Shown in pieces: positions 9,122 through 18,083 of a DNA stretch of 64,000 bases. This DNA is from Candidatus Gottesmanbacteria bacterium RIFCSPHIGHO2_02_FULL_39_11 (GTDB lineage Bacteria; Patescibacteriota; Microgenomatia; 2-02-FULL-39-11): the NCBI GenBank assembly GCA_001779195.1, contig MFJL01000019.1:27192-91191 (forward strand). Direction: 5' to 3'. The translations under genes and the position numbers were made by a program. The notes under the pieces are model-generated. The model was not told the DNA's origin. It did not search any database and saw nothing but the letters and a program-made list of their open reading frames with translations. Each line of letters begins with the position of its first letter. Position 1 is the first letter of the stretch.

Positions 9122-10474
9122 TTATCCTACAAGCTTGCTTTTTATCCCCAAGATATCCTCTTGAATTTTTTGATCACTTTCAAGAAGTTTTCCGATTTTG
9201 CGGACTCCATGTAAAATGGTCGTGTGATCCCGTCCACCAAGAAGGGAACCTATATCCATAAGAGGAATTCTTGCTTCCTGTTTTAATAGATAGTAGATAA
9301 TCTGTCTGGGAAGGGCTATAGAACGGTCCCGTTTACTGCTTTTAATTTGAGAAAGTTTCAAATTGTAGTAAGAAAGGACGCAGTTTATAACATTTTGAGG
9401 AGATGTTTTTTGAGCCTCTTTCTGATCTTTTAAATCTGTTTTTAATAGTTTGGAAACAAGATCAATGGTTATAGGGGTATTATTAGTAAGTGCCTCTGCT
9501 GACAGGCGTGTAAGAACTCCCTCAAGTTTTCGAATATTGTCAACATTTGCGGCAATTAACTTGGCAACATCCATAGGAAGAATCATGGACCGTCTTTTCG
9601 CTTTAATAAGAAGTATGGCGGTTTTTAGCTCAAAATCAGGAGGAGCAATATCAATTATTAACCCTCCTTCAAAACGGGATCGCAGACGTGCTTCTAATTT
9701 TTCAATTTCCTCAGGAGGACGATCGGAAGTGAGGATAATTTGTCCTTTACCTTGTTGTACTGTATTAAATGTATGAAAGAATTCTTCCTGTACCGAGTTT
9801 TTCCCTGCGATAAATTGAATGTCATCTATAAAAAGAACATCTGCCCGACGGTATTTTTTTCTAAAATGAGGAGTTGTTTTTCCGCCAATTGCTTCAATAA
9901 TTTCGTTGGTAAACTGTTCCCCGGTACAATACATAATTTTTTTATGCTGTGAATTTGCAAATATCTGATGTCCGATTGCCTGCATAAGATGTGTTTTCCC
10001 AACACCTACTCCTCCGTATAAAAACAGGGGATTGTAGGAAGTTCCGGGGTTTTTAGCAACAGCGGTTGCTGCTGCGTATGCCATTTGATTAGATGAAGAA
10101 ACTGCAAACGTTTCAAACGTATACTCGGGATTAAACGGCAATTGCTCAGTAGGATAAGAGGAGGGGGCGTCATTAAAAGTGAGGAGAGGAAGGTCGTTTG
10201 GATTTTTTTTAATAACGGATGAAGGAGACGGTTCCATAGGAATAAAGGAAACAGAAACGGTTTCTTTTGTATACTCTTTAAGGCGAGTTGCAATTACTGT
10301 TGTATATTTTTTTTCTATGATAGATATCAAAATAGGTTTGTCGCATCCGATAATTGCCTTTTGGTGATCAAAAGAAAGAAGTTTGGTACTGGAAAAAAGA
10401 GTATGAAAAGAAGCCCGGGTTGAGGTGGTTTTTAAGTCCGCTAAAATAGTCTTCCATAAGATATCAACATCCAT
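9122..10474 (-). CDS. dnaA: Chromosomal replication initiator DnaA
   Basis: Walker A is GGVGVGKTHLMQAIG, with DDIQFIAGK, ILTSDRPPEEI and the C-terminal DNA-binding helix RQIIYYLLKQE. The ORF track starts at 10519, but the DnaA-like N-terminus MDVDILWKTIL begins at 10474 and a DnaA box sits just upstream. Confidence 0.93.
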   Translation of the reverse strand: MDVDILWKTILADLKTTSTRASFHTLFSSTKLLSFDHQKAIIGCDKPILISIIEKKYTTVIATRLKEYTKETVSVSFIPMEPSPSSVIKKNPNDLPLLTFNDAPSSYPTEQLPFNPEYTFETFAVSSSNQMAYAAATAVAKNPGTSYNPLFLYGGVGVGKTHLMQAIGHQIFANSQHKKIMYCTGEQFTNEIIEAIGGKTTPHFRKKYRRADVLFIDDIQFIAGKNSVQEEFFHTFNTVQQGKGQIILTSDRPPEEIEKLEARLRSRFEGGLIIDIAPPDFELKTAILLIKAKRRSMILPMDVAKLIAANVDNIRKLEGVLTRLSAEALTNNTPITIDLVSKLLKTDLKDQKEAQKTSPQNVINCVLSYYNLKLSQIKSSKRDRSIALPRQIIYYLLKQEARIPLMDIGSLLGGRDHTTILHGVRKIGKLLESDQKIQEDILGIKSKLVG

Positions 10475-10568
10475 AAGTGAGTTATCCACAATCCTAAAAT
10501 GACCGGACGTCAGCGTCAAGGGAGAGTTACTGGTACTAACTATATGAATATGGTAAAATCCATTTATT
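10475..10568. promoter_or_regulatory. Divergent dnaA/rpmH promoter region with a DnaA box
   Basis: TTATCCACA lies at 10483-10491, immediately upstream of the proposed dnaA start. Confidence 0.55.
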
Positions 10569-10706
10569 ATGCCGAAACGGACATTTCAACCCAAAAAAAG
10601 AAAAGCAAAAAAAATCCATGGATTTTTCAAACGGATTGGTACGGTATCAGGAAGAAAAGTTTTAAAAGCCAGACGGTTAAAGGGAAGAAAGAGACTGAGT
10701 AAGTAA
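10569..10706 (+). CDS. rpmH: 50S ribosomal protein L34
   Basis: The 45-aa translation [45 protein letters not shown] is the classic L34 sequence. It is not in the ORF track because it is short and in another frame from ORF 10499-10702. Confidence 0.9.
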   Translation: MPKRTFQPKKRKAKKIHGFFKRIGTVSGRKVLKARRLKGRKRLSK

Positions 10707-10818
10707 TCTAATAACCCAATAAACCAATTTCCAATAACCCAATAAATGTAAAATGTATTAGTTTTTAAATGTGAATGTTTATTGGTAGTATTGGGTTACC
10801 TGTCTGCCGACAGACAGG
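10707..10818. repeat. Inverted heptamer arrays (CCAATAA ... TTATTGG) flanking a perfect 9-bp-stem palindrome
   Basis: The sequence is aataacccaataaaccaatttccaataacccaataaatg ... ttattggtagtattgggtt acctgtctgccgacagacaggt tggtacttattgggttatt. Confidence 0.55.
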
Positions 10819-10845
10819 TTGGTACTTATTGGGTTATTTTCTCCT

Positions 10846-11208
10846 ATGCTCCCTAAAACACACCGAATAACTCCTCCTCAATTTCGAAGAAATACCGCCA
10901 GATATTCTCATCATGAAAATCCGGTTGCGCAAATTATTGCAAAGGATAATGATCTCCATATAATTCGGGCTGGAATTGTTGTCCCGAAACGATTGGATAA
11001 GCGATCCGTCTACCGAAATCGCACTAAACGAAAAATTTCCGAAGTTATCCACAAGAAAGTAATAGGGGAGTCTGTAGGAGTTGATCTTATGATAAAATCT
11101 AAAAAAATATTTTCTCCCGATGAGTCAGACACATTTGCTCAATTAGTTTCTGAAGTTGCAGAAAAAGCCATTTTTACACATGACCAAACAAAGCCGAAAT
11201 TTACTTAA
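10846..11208 (+). CDS. rnpA: Ribonuclease P protein component
   Basis: MLPKTHRITPPQFRR...IVVPKRLDKRSVYRNRTKRKISEVI matches RnpA, and the gene directly follows rpmH. The ORF track starts 27 nt earlier at 10819. Confidence 0.85.
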   Translation: MLPKTHRITPPQFRRNTARYSHHENPVAQIIAKDNDLHIIRAGIVVPKRLDKRSVYRNRTKRKISEVIHKKVIGESVGVDLMIKSKKIFSPDESDTFAQLVSEVAEKAIFTHDQTKPKFT

Positions 11209-11209
11209 T

Positions 11210-11437
11210 ATGTCAAAAAATTTTGTTTTGTATTTAATTAAATTCTATAAAAAATCAGGTACGGCAAGTGCAATAAGTGTCCTTTTTGGATCCACCTGTC
11301 GCTTTACTCCTACCTGTTCAGATTATACCTATGAAGCAGTAAATCGCTATGGTACAATAAGAGGACTTTTTATGGGAGCAAAGAGACTAGCTCGGTGCCA
11401 TCCTTTTAATAAAGCAGGAATTGACCCAGTTAGATAG
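11210..11437 (+). CDS. yidD: Membrane protein insertion efficiency factor YidD
   Basis: SAISVLFGSTCRFTPTCSDYTYEAVNRYGTIRGLFMGAKRLARCHPFNKAGIDPV is the YidD signature. The ATG at 11210 lies 1 nt after the rnpA stop. Confidence 0.8.
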   Translation: MSKNFVLYLIKFYKKSGTASAISVLFGSTCRFTPTCSDYTYEAVNRYGTIRGLFMGAKRLARCHPFNKAGIDPVR

Positions 11438-11452
11438 TAAATTGTATCCCTG

Positions 11453-11520
11453 TGTCATGCTGAATTTATTTCAGCATCTATCTTCTAATAATTAAAAAGA
11501 TCCTGAAACAAGTTCAGGAT
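11453..11520. repeat. Hairpin repeat element (GTCATGCTGAATTTATTTCAGCATC ... ATCCTGAAACAAGTTCAGGAT) downstream of yidD
   Basis: It is the inverse orientation of the elements at 46965-47021 and 47726-47806. Confidence 0.6.
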
Positions 11521-11556
11521 AACAATAGATAAGTATTTAATAGCTCACCTAAACAT

Positions 11557-12378
11557 ATGTTCGATACTAACAATATTTTTAACACGGTTCTTATCATTCC
11601 CATTCTTAATATTCTGATAGCGGTATACCATGTATTTTTAGCCCTTAAAGTTCCGGGAGCTTTAGGATTTTCTTTAATTGCTTTAACCATTATTATCCGT
11701 CTTATTCTACATCCCCTAACCGTCAAACAGTTGAAAAGCACGCAAAAACTGGCACACATAAAGCCGCGGCTTGATGAGCTGAATAAATTGCACAAAGAGG
11801 ATAAAGCAAGGCTCCAGCAGGAACAGTTAAAGCTGTATCAGGAAGCGGGTATAAATCCCGCCTCGGGATGTCTACCCCTCCTTTTACAGATGCCGATTCT
11901 TATCGGACTGTATAATCTGTTTTTCACTGTTTTAGGCAATGGAGGCGATACAAGTAAAATAGTTGAGGGAATAAATAAAGTAGTTTATTTTCCTTTTTTA
12001 AAAATTCAGAGCTTGGATCTTTCTTTTTTTGGATTAAATCTAACCTCAAAACCCAATGAATGGCAGAAAATAGGTTGGGGGTTTCTCTTAATTCCGGTTA
12101 TTACCGCAGCTTTACAGTATCTTCAAACTAAAATGATGACTCCGCCTTCGCCTGCTCCCGCTCTTGTTAAGAAAGACGGGGAGAAGAAGGGTGAGGAAGA
12201 CATGTCTACTATGATGCAGAAACAAATGTCTATCATGATGCCTCTGATGATCGGGTTTTTTGCCTATTCATTTCCTCTCGGATTGTCTCTTTATTGGAAT
12301 ACATACTCTCTTTTTGGTATAATCCAACAACAGATTTTGAATAAAGAGTTAGAGAGGGAAAAGACGCATGGCAAATGA
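11557..12378 (+). CDS. yidC: Membrane protein insertase YidC/Oxa1 family
   Basis: LHPLTVKQLKSTQKLAHIKPRLDELNKLHKEDKARLQQEQLKLYQEAGINPASGCLPLLLQMPILIGLY matches the YidC core. Confidence 0.9.
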   Translation: MFDTNNIFNTVLIIPILNILIAVYHVFLALKVPGALGFSLIALTIIIRLILHPLTVKQLKSTQKLAHIKPRLDELNKLHKEDKARLQQEQLKLYQEAGINPASGCLPLLLQMPILIGLYNLFFTVLGNGGDTSKIVEGINKVVYFPFLKIQSLDLSFFGLNLTSKPNEWQKIGWGFLLIPVITAALQYLQTKMMTPPSPAPALVKKDGEKKGEEDMSTMMQKQMSIMMPLMIGFFAYSFPLGLSLYWNTYSLFGIIQQQILNKELEREKTHGK

Positions 12379-12823
12379 GATAAAATCCCAAATTCTGGAA
12401 ATTGCTCAGGATCTCCTTGAAAAACTTGAAATAACAGGAGAGGTGGTTGTTGAGGACGGGGAAGAAGGAAGTTTTAAGGTAGTTATAAATACTGAAGAAA
12501 CAGGGCTTCTTATTGGTCATCACGGAGAGACTCTCAATAGTTTCCAGCTTATTTTAGGGGTAATTCTTTTTAAGAAGCGAGGAGTTTGGGCACGGGTACT
12601 GGTTGATGTCGGAGACTATCGTAAACTTCGTGAGGAAAGTATTAAAGAAATGGTAAATCGGATTGTTTCAGAAGTTGAAACTGCAGGTCTGCCGGTAACG
12701 TTGCCCTTTTTAACTCCTCTGGAGAGAAGGATTGTGCATGTGATGCTCACCGGACATGAAAAAGTCGTATCTGAATCAACCGGAGAAGGTCGGGACCGCC
12801 GGCTCACTATCCGCCCGAAGTAA
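12368..12823 (+). CDS. jag: Jag/KhpB RNA-binding protein (KH and R3H domains)
   Basis: LLIGHHGETLNSFQLIL carries the KH GxxG motif and RRIVHVMLTGHEKVVSESTGEGRDRRLTIRP is the R3H domain. It lies at the canonical position after yidC. Confidence 0.85.
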   Translation: MANEIKSQILEIAQDLLEKLEITGEVVVEDGEEGSFKVVINTEETGLLIGHHGETLNSFQLILGVILFKKRGVWARVLVDVGDYRKLREESIKEMVNRIVSEVETAGLPVTLPFLTPLERRIVHVMLTGHEKVVSESTGEGRDRRLTIRPK

Positions 12824-12824
12824 A

Positions 12825-14108
12825 GTGAAGCTCAATTGGCTTCCCTATCTTCTTTTTATTCTTCTTCCAACTCAACTTGGTAAATATTTTTTTCTTCCTG
12901 CAGCTTATATAAGCGGACTTAGAAGTGATTATTTAGCCATTTCATTTTACTTAACTGATATTATTTCAGCTTTAATAATTCTGGGATATTTTCTTAGGGT
13001 TAATCGTCACCCTGAACTTGTTTCAGGGTCTGTATTAATAAAGATGCTGAAACGAGTTCAGCATGACAAACACTTGTCTTTTTCTCCCTTTCTCTTTTTC
13101 TCCCTTTCTCTTTTTCTCTATTTATTCCTTTCTTCTCTTTTTATATCTGTAAATCCAATCATTTCTCTTTTTAAACTATTGAAGCTTCTTGAAATAGGTT
13201 TGCTTTGTTTTGTTCTTATCAGGTTAAGGCCGGATATTTCCAAAATTATTTTATCAATTTCCATAGGGGCTTTTTACTCTTCTGTTCTTGCCATTCTTCA
13301 ATTTATAAAAGGAGGGTCTTTAAATGGACTGTGGTGGTTTTTAGGGGAAAGGACGTTTACCGTGACAACTCCCGGAATTGCCGCATTTTCTTTAAACGGA
13401 ATGAGATTTTTGCGTCCCTATGCCGCTTTTCCCCATCCGAATGTTTTGGCGGGATTTTTGGCAATAAGTTCTTTAAGTATTATTTGGTACTTAAGATATA
13501 AAAAACCTCTTTCAAAAAAAGTATTTTATTATTTTGCGGGAGTTTTGGTTTTCGGTCTGATTGCTCTTATATTAACCGCAAGCCGAAACGCAATATTTGC
13601 CTATGCAATTGGTATCTTACTTCTTCTAAAGCCGGTTAAATTTGACGGAAAAAGCGTAATTGCGTTTTTTACATGCGTACTTATTTCAATTTTTATTCCA
13701 CTTTTTATATCAATTCCGAACGAAAGTATTCTGGAGCGCAAAGCGCTTATTAAGAAATCTTTTGATATTATCCAAAGTTCGGGAGTATTGGGCGTCGGGC
13801 TAAACGGGTTTATACAAATTCCAAATAACACCATGCATTTTATGGGAGTTGGTGCATATCAGCCGGTTCATAATGTTTTTCTTCTTATCTTAGCTGAAAC
13901 CGGAATGGTCGGTGTGTTTCTTTTTCTGGTTATTGTCCATCTCATCTTTTGCGATTATAAACTATCTTTTGTCTCTTTTTCTCCTGTCCTCTTTTCTCTT
14001 TTTCTCCTGTCTTTATTTGATCACTATCTATTTACCCTCCAGGAAGGGATGCTTATAACCGTTTCAGTCATCTCTCTTGCCTTTTTAGCTCGAAAAAAAT
14101 ACACTTAA
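12825..14108 (+). CDS. O-antigen ligase family (Wzy_C domain) polytopic membrane protein
   Basis: Multiple TM helices are present. HNVFLLILAETGMVGVF is the H-N...E.G Wzy_C motif, and GERTFTVTTPGIAAFSLNG is also typical. The start is uncertain: the ORF track starts at a TTG/ATG at 12756 that overlaps jag, and an in-frame GTG at 12825 follows the jag stop. Confidence 0.7.
   Translation: MKLNWLPYLLFILLPTQLGKYFFLPAAYISGLRSDYLAISFYLTDIISALIILGYFLRVNRHPELVSGSVLIKMLKRVQHDKHLSFSPFLFFSLSLFLYLFLSSLFISVNPIISLFKLLKLLEIGLLCFVLIRLRPDISKIILSISIGAFYSSVLAILQFIKGGSLNGLWWFLGERTFTVTTPGIAAFSLNGMRFLRPYAAFPHPNVLAGFLAISSLSIIWYLRYKKPLSKKVFYYFAGVLVFGLIALILTASRNAIFAYAIGILLLLKPVKFDGKSVIAFFTCVLISIFIPLFISIPNESILERKALIKKSFDIIQSSGVLGVGLNGFIQIPNNTMHFMGVGAYQPVHNVFLLILAETGMVGVFLFLVIVHLIFCDYKLSFVSFSPVLFSLFLLSLFDHYLFTLQEGMLITVSVISLAFLARKKYT
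13005..13067. repeat. Hairpin repeat copy embedded in frame within the O-antigen ligase CDS
   Basis: cgtcaccctgaacttgtttcagggtctgtattaataaagatgctgaaacgagttcagcatgac is homologous to the intergenic elements at 46965-47021. It encodes the loop HPELVSGSVLIKMLKRVQHDKHL. Confidence 0.6.
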
Positions 14109-14111
14109 CGT

Positions 14112-14327
14112 ATGAAACTCTCACGGATTTTTCTTTTTATCTTTGTGCTTCCGGTTACCCTTTTTTTGGATTTTATCCTGTATGCAATTCTTCAGACATG
14201 TCCCGGGTGTAGCACCTTTTCCGGATTTTTAAAAACTGAAGGGGCTCTTTCATTTCCTTTTGTGATAGAGTTGACGGAGTGGATTCACCGGGTAATTAAA
14301 AACAGTTTAATAGGAAAAAAATTATAA
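14112..14327 (+). CDS. Hypothetical small membrane protein
   Basis: The 71-aa ORF is tightly packed between the ligase and nadD and has an N-terminal hydrophobic helix. No homology was recognised. Confidence 0.3.
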   Translation: MKLSRIFLFIFVLPVTLFLDFILYAILQTCPGCSTFSGFLKTEGALSFPFVIELTEWIHRVIKNSLIGKKL

Positions 14328-14328
14328 A

Positions 14329-14889
14329 ATGAACATAGCAATTTTGGGAGGACGATTTGATCCGCCTCATATCTGGCATTACTGGACGGCTCAGCAAGTC
14401 TTGGAAAATGTTCCCGGAATTGAAGAGGTCTGGCTTCTTCCTGACTATCAGAACGCGTTTAAGCCGATTGTAGCTTCCGCTCTTGAGAGAATTGAAATGC
14501 TTCATTATTTGGAAACCGGAAGAATACGGCTTTCAACTATTGCCGCGGCCCATGAAGAGACTACATTTACAATTGATATTGCCCATGAACTCTCAGGAGA
14601 CACGGCGAATCGTTACTACTGGATTGTAGGATCAGATATAGCCGGAGAATTCAGCAAATGGAGAGATTATCAGAAGCTTACCAAGATTTTACAATTTTTA
14701 GTTTTTCCCCGGAAAGACTATCCTATCAAAAATCTTCCGTTTGGATTTAAACGGGTTGAAGGAAATTTGATGCTTTCCAATATTTCTTCTTCTTTGATAC
14801 GGGATCGAGTAAAGGTGGGAAAAACGATCTCAGGTCTTGTCTACCCTGAAGTGGAAGATTATATCAAAAGAAAAAACCTGTACAAATGA
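14329..14889 (+). CDS. nadD: Nicotinate-nucleotide adenylyltransferase
   Basis: ILGGRFDPPHIWH carries the (H/T)xGH-type nucleotidyltransferase motif, and the 186-aa size is right for NadD. Confidence 0.8.
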   Translation: MNIAILGGRFDPPHIWHYWTAQQVLENVPGIEEVWLLPDYQNAFKPIVASALERIEMLHYLETGRIRLSTIAAAHEETTFTIDIAHELSGDTANRYYWIVGSDIAGEFSKWRDYQKLTKILQFLVFPRKDYPIKNLPFGFKRVEGNLMLSNISSSLIRDRVKVGKTISGLVYPEVEDYIKRKNLYK

Positions 14890-14890
14890 A

Positions 14891-14967
14891 TATCCAATCA
14901 TCTAATCAACCAATTATCCAATAAATACCAATAAGGTTTGTCATCCCGACAAAAGTCGGGATCCATC
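14891..14967. repeat. Composite element: CCAATAA array plus GTCATCCCGAC..GTCGGGATCCATC hairpin
   Basis: atccaatcatctaatcaaccaattatccaataaataccaataagg followed by gtcatcccgacaaaagtcgggatccatc. It mirrors the element at 7732-7832. Confidence 0.6.
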
Positions 14968-14974
14968 TTTGAAT

Positions 14975-15754
14975 ATGGATCTTACAATTGATAGCAAGTT
15001 AATATACGAAAAAATAATCAAATTCATTTCTTCTTCTTTTAAAAAATCCGGTTTTTCTCAAGCAGTTATTGGCCTATCAGGTGGGATTGACTCTGCTGTA
15101 TCTTTAACTTTGGCAGCTCAAGCGTTGGAAAAAGAAAATATTTACCCTTATATTCTTCCCTTTGGAGATTTAAACTCAATAGGAGTAGAGGATGCAAAAT
15201 TATTGATTAACCATTTAACCATTCCCTTTGACCATTTAACCATAATTAATATTAAGCCTTTAGTTGATCCTATCATTTCATTAGATAACTCAATTGATGA
15301 TATACGGAAAGGAAACATTATGGCCCGGATGCGGATGATCCTTCTTATGGACGCTGCCAAAAAAAGAAACGCACTTGTTGTGGGGACTGAAAATAAGACA
15401 GAGCATGTTTTGGGGTACTATACACGCTTTGGAGATGAAGCGTCCGATGTAGAGCCGATACAGAGTCTTTACAAGACTCAGGTGAGAGAGCTTGCAACAT
15501 ATCTGGGAATTCCGAAAAAAATTATTGCTGCCTCCCCCACCGCAGGGTTGTGGGAGGGTCAGACGGATGAAGGGGAATTTGGATTTACCTACGAAGAGGC
15601 GGATCAGATTTTGTATTTGAAATTTGAGAAACATTTATCTGAAGAAGAAATAGTGAAAAAGAGATTTAAGAGGGAGGTAGTGGGGAAAGTGCTAGGACGG
15701 GTTAAGGTAAATGAATTTAAAAAAAATCTCCCGATGGTTTTTATCACTGAATGA
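14975..15754 (+). CDS. nadE: NH3-dependent NAD+ synthetase
   Basis: The PP-loop GLSGGIDSAV is present, with TENKTEHVLGYYTRFGD. The ORF track start at 14969 is a TTG, and the first ATG is at 14975. Confidence 0.88.
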   Translation: MDLTIDSKLIYEKIIKFISSSFKKSGFSQAVIGLSGGIDSAVSLTLAAQALEKENIYPYILPFGDLNSIGVEDAKLLINHLTIPFDHLTIINIKPLVDPIISLDNSIDDIRKGNIMARMRMILLMDAAKKRNALVVGTENKTEHVLGYYTRFGDEASDVEPIQSLYKTQVRELATYLGIPKKIIAASPTAGLWEGQTDEGEFGFTYEEADQILYLKFEKHLSEEEIVKKRFKREVVGKVLGRVKVNEFKKNLPMVFITE

Positions 15755-16190
15755 CTGTTATCTTCTCATTTTTAGACAGAGGGTTAAAATCATTATCAAA
15801 TGTGGCTATTGCAAAAACTTTATTTTGTTTCATGCATTCCAAATGAAAAGCGTCTCGGGGTCTTAAATTATAAGTTTTTATTGAATCTAAAATATTTATA
15901 AGCGAATCTTCGCTATTTTCAAACTCAATTAGCCGTGTCGTATTCCAGGAAAGAACTGCTTGTACTGTTTTAGATAATATAGAAGCAAAAGAACCAAAGG
16001 AATTATCATTTTTTTCACCTCTTAAGAGAAAAACAATCCCATACAAAAATTCATCCATCGTTAAGGCAGATATCAAAAGAAACGCATTCTCTGACCATAA
16101 ATTGTCAATAATTTTTTTCGCTCTCTCGTGAAATTCGTGACCAGAAACCTGATGGGCAATGAGAATATTAGCGTCCAAATATACTTTTTT
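15744..16190 (-). CDS. vapC: PIN-domain toxin VapC
   Basis: The PIN N-terminus is MIKKVYLDANILIA, with acidic residues ...ATFDNDF. Confidence 0.72.
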   Translation of the reverse strand, partial: KKVYLDANILIAHQVSGHEFHERAKKIIDNLWSENAFLLISALTMDEFLYGIVFLLRGEKNDNSFGSFASILSKTVQAVLSWNTTRLIEFENSEDSLINILDSIKTYNLRPRDAFHLECMKQNKVFAIATFDNDFNPLSKNEKITVIQ

Positions 16191-16455
16191 TATCATAAGG
16201 ATTTTTAATAGCGTCAAAGACTTTCTCAATAGGCATTGATTTTGACATTTGAATAGTTCCTGCTGTTTTAGAGGGAGGGAGTTTAGAGGCGACTTGGGAT
16301 GAAGTTTGTTTTCCTAATACATTAAATTGTATGCTTTCCACAACGATTTCATTCATGGTACGTTTTTCTTTTAAAGCTCTTTTTTTTATGATAAATAACA
16401 AATCTTCAGGCAGAGTGACAGTAGTGCGTATCATCGGTGTATTCATATCTATCAT
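16168..16455 (-). CDS. vapB: RHH-type antitoxin VapB
   Basis: TTVTLPEDLLFIIKKRALKEKRTMNEIVVESI is a ribbon-helix-helix motif. It overlaps the vapC start and is paralogous to ORF 16839-17126. Confidence 0.6.
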   Translation of the reverse strand: MIDMNTPMIRTTVTLPEDLLFIIKKRALKEKRTMNEIVVESIQFNVLGKQTSSQVASKLPPSKTAGTIQMSKSMPIEKVFDAIKNPYDKKSIFGR

Positions 16456-16838
16456 ATTAGCATCAAAGCATCAATGTGTCAATACTCGCTGGGAAAAAGA
16501 GCGTTACCGTATGTGTGTTGGTTGAGGCCGGTTTTATATTAATTAGGCCTGACAAGTATCCTAATTTAGTATAAATTAGGACACAAAAAGACGGTTTCTG
16601 ATAAGATACAGCTTTTCGAGAGGATATTTATCATTTTTTTATCTTACTTTCTGTGGACTATTAACAGAGAAAACTACCTGAAGGAACTGACTGGTCCTCA
16701 TTCTTAAGACAAGAAACGATTGATCAAATCGAAAAGTATTGGAACGGGTGAAGAAGAATAGGTTTAAGTCACAATTATCATTTAGCCTATAGAAGAAAAA
16801 TTTGACATATTTATGCTTTTATGTTACTATGAATCCAT

Positions 16839-17126
16839 ATGATAAATCCTACTGTTAGAACTACTGTCGATCTTCCAGAAGATTTGATCTTTGCTATAAA
16901 GCAGAAAGCTCTTAATGAAAAAAAATCTCTAAAATATATTATTTACCAAGCGCTTACAACCTATATGAAATATAAAGAACCGATTACATCTACTACTTCT
17001 GTTCTTTCACTTTTCGGTGCCTGGGGAAAAGGAGAGAAAGGGATAGACTTTCTTAAAAGAGTAAGATACTCTCCCCTTGAGAAAGAACGGGAAGAACATC
17101 TTGAAAAACAATGGAAAAAATCCTAA
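16839..17126 (+). CDS. vapB: RHH-type antitoxin VapB (second copy)
   Basis: TTVDLPEDLIFAIKQKALNEKKS is nearly the same motif as in the first antitoxin. It overlaps the downstream PIN gene. Confidence 0.6.
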   Translation: MINPTVRTTVDLPEDLIFAIKQKALNEKKSLKYIIYQALTTYMKYKEPITSTTSVLSLFGAWGKGEKGIDFLKRVRYSPLEKEREEHLEKQWKKS

Positions 17127-17494
17127 TTGACTCCGATGTGCTCATTGATTTTCTCCGAGGTTATACCCTTCGCATCAAAGATGTTTTTTCACGGATCGAG
17201 AAGAAAGAACTGGATGCGTATATATCGACAATAACTGTCTCAGAGCTCTACAGCGGGCAAGATGTAGTAAGTGAGAAAGGGAAATCAGAACTTAGAAAGT
17301 TATTATCCATTTTCAAAAAAATATCCATAGATGAAAAAATAGCAGAAGAAGCCGGGGATATTCGAAGAAGCCATCGTGTAGGTTTATCCGATGCTTTAAT
17401 TGCAAGCACGGCTCTTTCTCTTACCGCCAAGCTCTTGACCTTTAACAAAAAACATTTTCAACATATTCAGGAACTGACGTTCTTTTCTATTTAA
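17111..17494 (+). CDS. vapC: PIN-domain toxin VapC (second copy)
   Basis: MEKILIDSDVLIDFLRG ... LSDALIASTAL is a PIN fold. Confidence 0.72.
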   Translation: MEKILIDSDVLIDFLRGYTLRIKDVFSRIEKKELDAYISTITVSELYSGQDVVSEKGKSELRKLLSIFKKISIDEKIAEEAGDIRRSHRVGLSDALIASTALSLTAKLLTFNKKHFQHIQELTFFSI

Positions 17495-17502
17495 ATGGGG
17501 GC

Positions 17503-17943
17503 TTAATCTGAATCAGTGGCGCCTTTATACCCATTCATTTGAATTTCCAGCGGATACCCCCCTAAGTCTTGACCTCTCTCGAAAAGAGTTTGGGCAATCC
17601 CATTGTAGGAGTTCATCCATGACTCAACGTGTTGTCGTGGTTCTCTCCTTGCTGCCATTTCTGTTGCAACTCCAAAGAAAAATCTAAGAGCTGTAGGTAC
17701 AGTTGCTTTATTTGTTACCGGAACAAGTACATCATAAGGTGTCAGTCCATTCCCTTGTTTTACTCTGTCCGGTCTGACAGTCAGGGGTTGAGCTATTTTT
17801 TCTGGATCAGGTGAAAAAATGACGCTAAAATGAGGTAAAGTTGCTTGATCAGGATGCTCTGCATCAGCGGTCAATATTATGTCGCGATTCTTTAGTGGCC
17901 CGGCAACTCTGATTGTTTTTTGTTCGAAACCCATAGGAGTCAA
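17503..17943 (-). CDS. Hypothetical protein (higher GC than its surroundings)
   Basis: The 146-aa ORF has no recognisable motifs. It is adjacent to the IS element and looks locally GC-richer. Confidence 0.35.
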   Translation of the reverse strand: MTPMGFEQKTIRVAGPLKNRDIILTADAEHPDQATLPHFSVIFSPDPEKIAQPLTVRPDRVKQGNGLTPYDVLVPVTNKATVPTALRFFFGVATEMAARREPRQHVESWMNSYNGIAQTLFERGQDLGGYPLEIQMNGYKGATDSD

Positions 17944-18083
17944 GTTAGAAAACTAATATATCATACTTTATCATACTCCATATTATGGGTCAAGAGTAAT
18001 TGTCTCTTAGTAAAACTCTACTAATTGTTTTATATAGGAATTAAGTTGCGTGGCTGGCATATTTTGCCGAGTGAAATAGTCTT

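Noticed and set aside
10499-10702. ORF-track 67-aa ORF spanning the rpmH region
   Set aside because: It is in the wrong frame. The genuine ribosomal protein L34 (45 aa) is encoded in another frame at 10569-10706.
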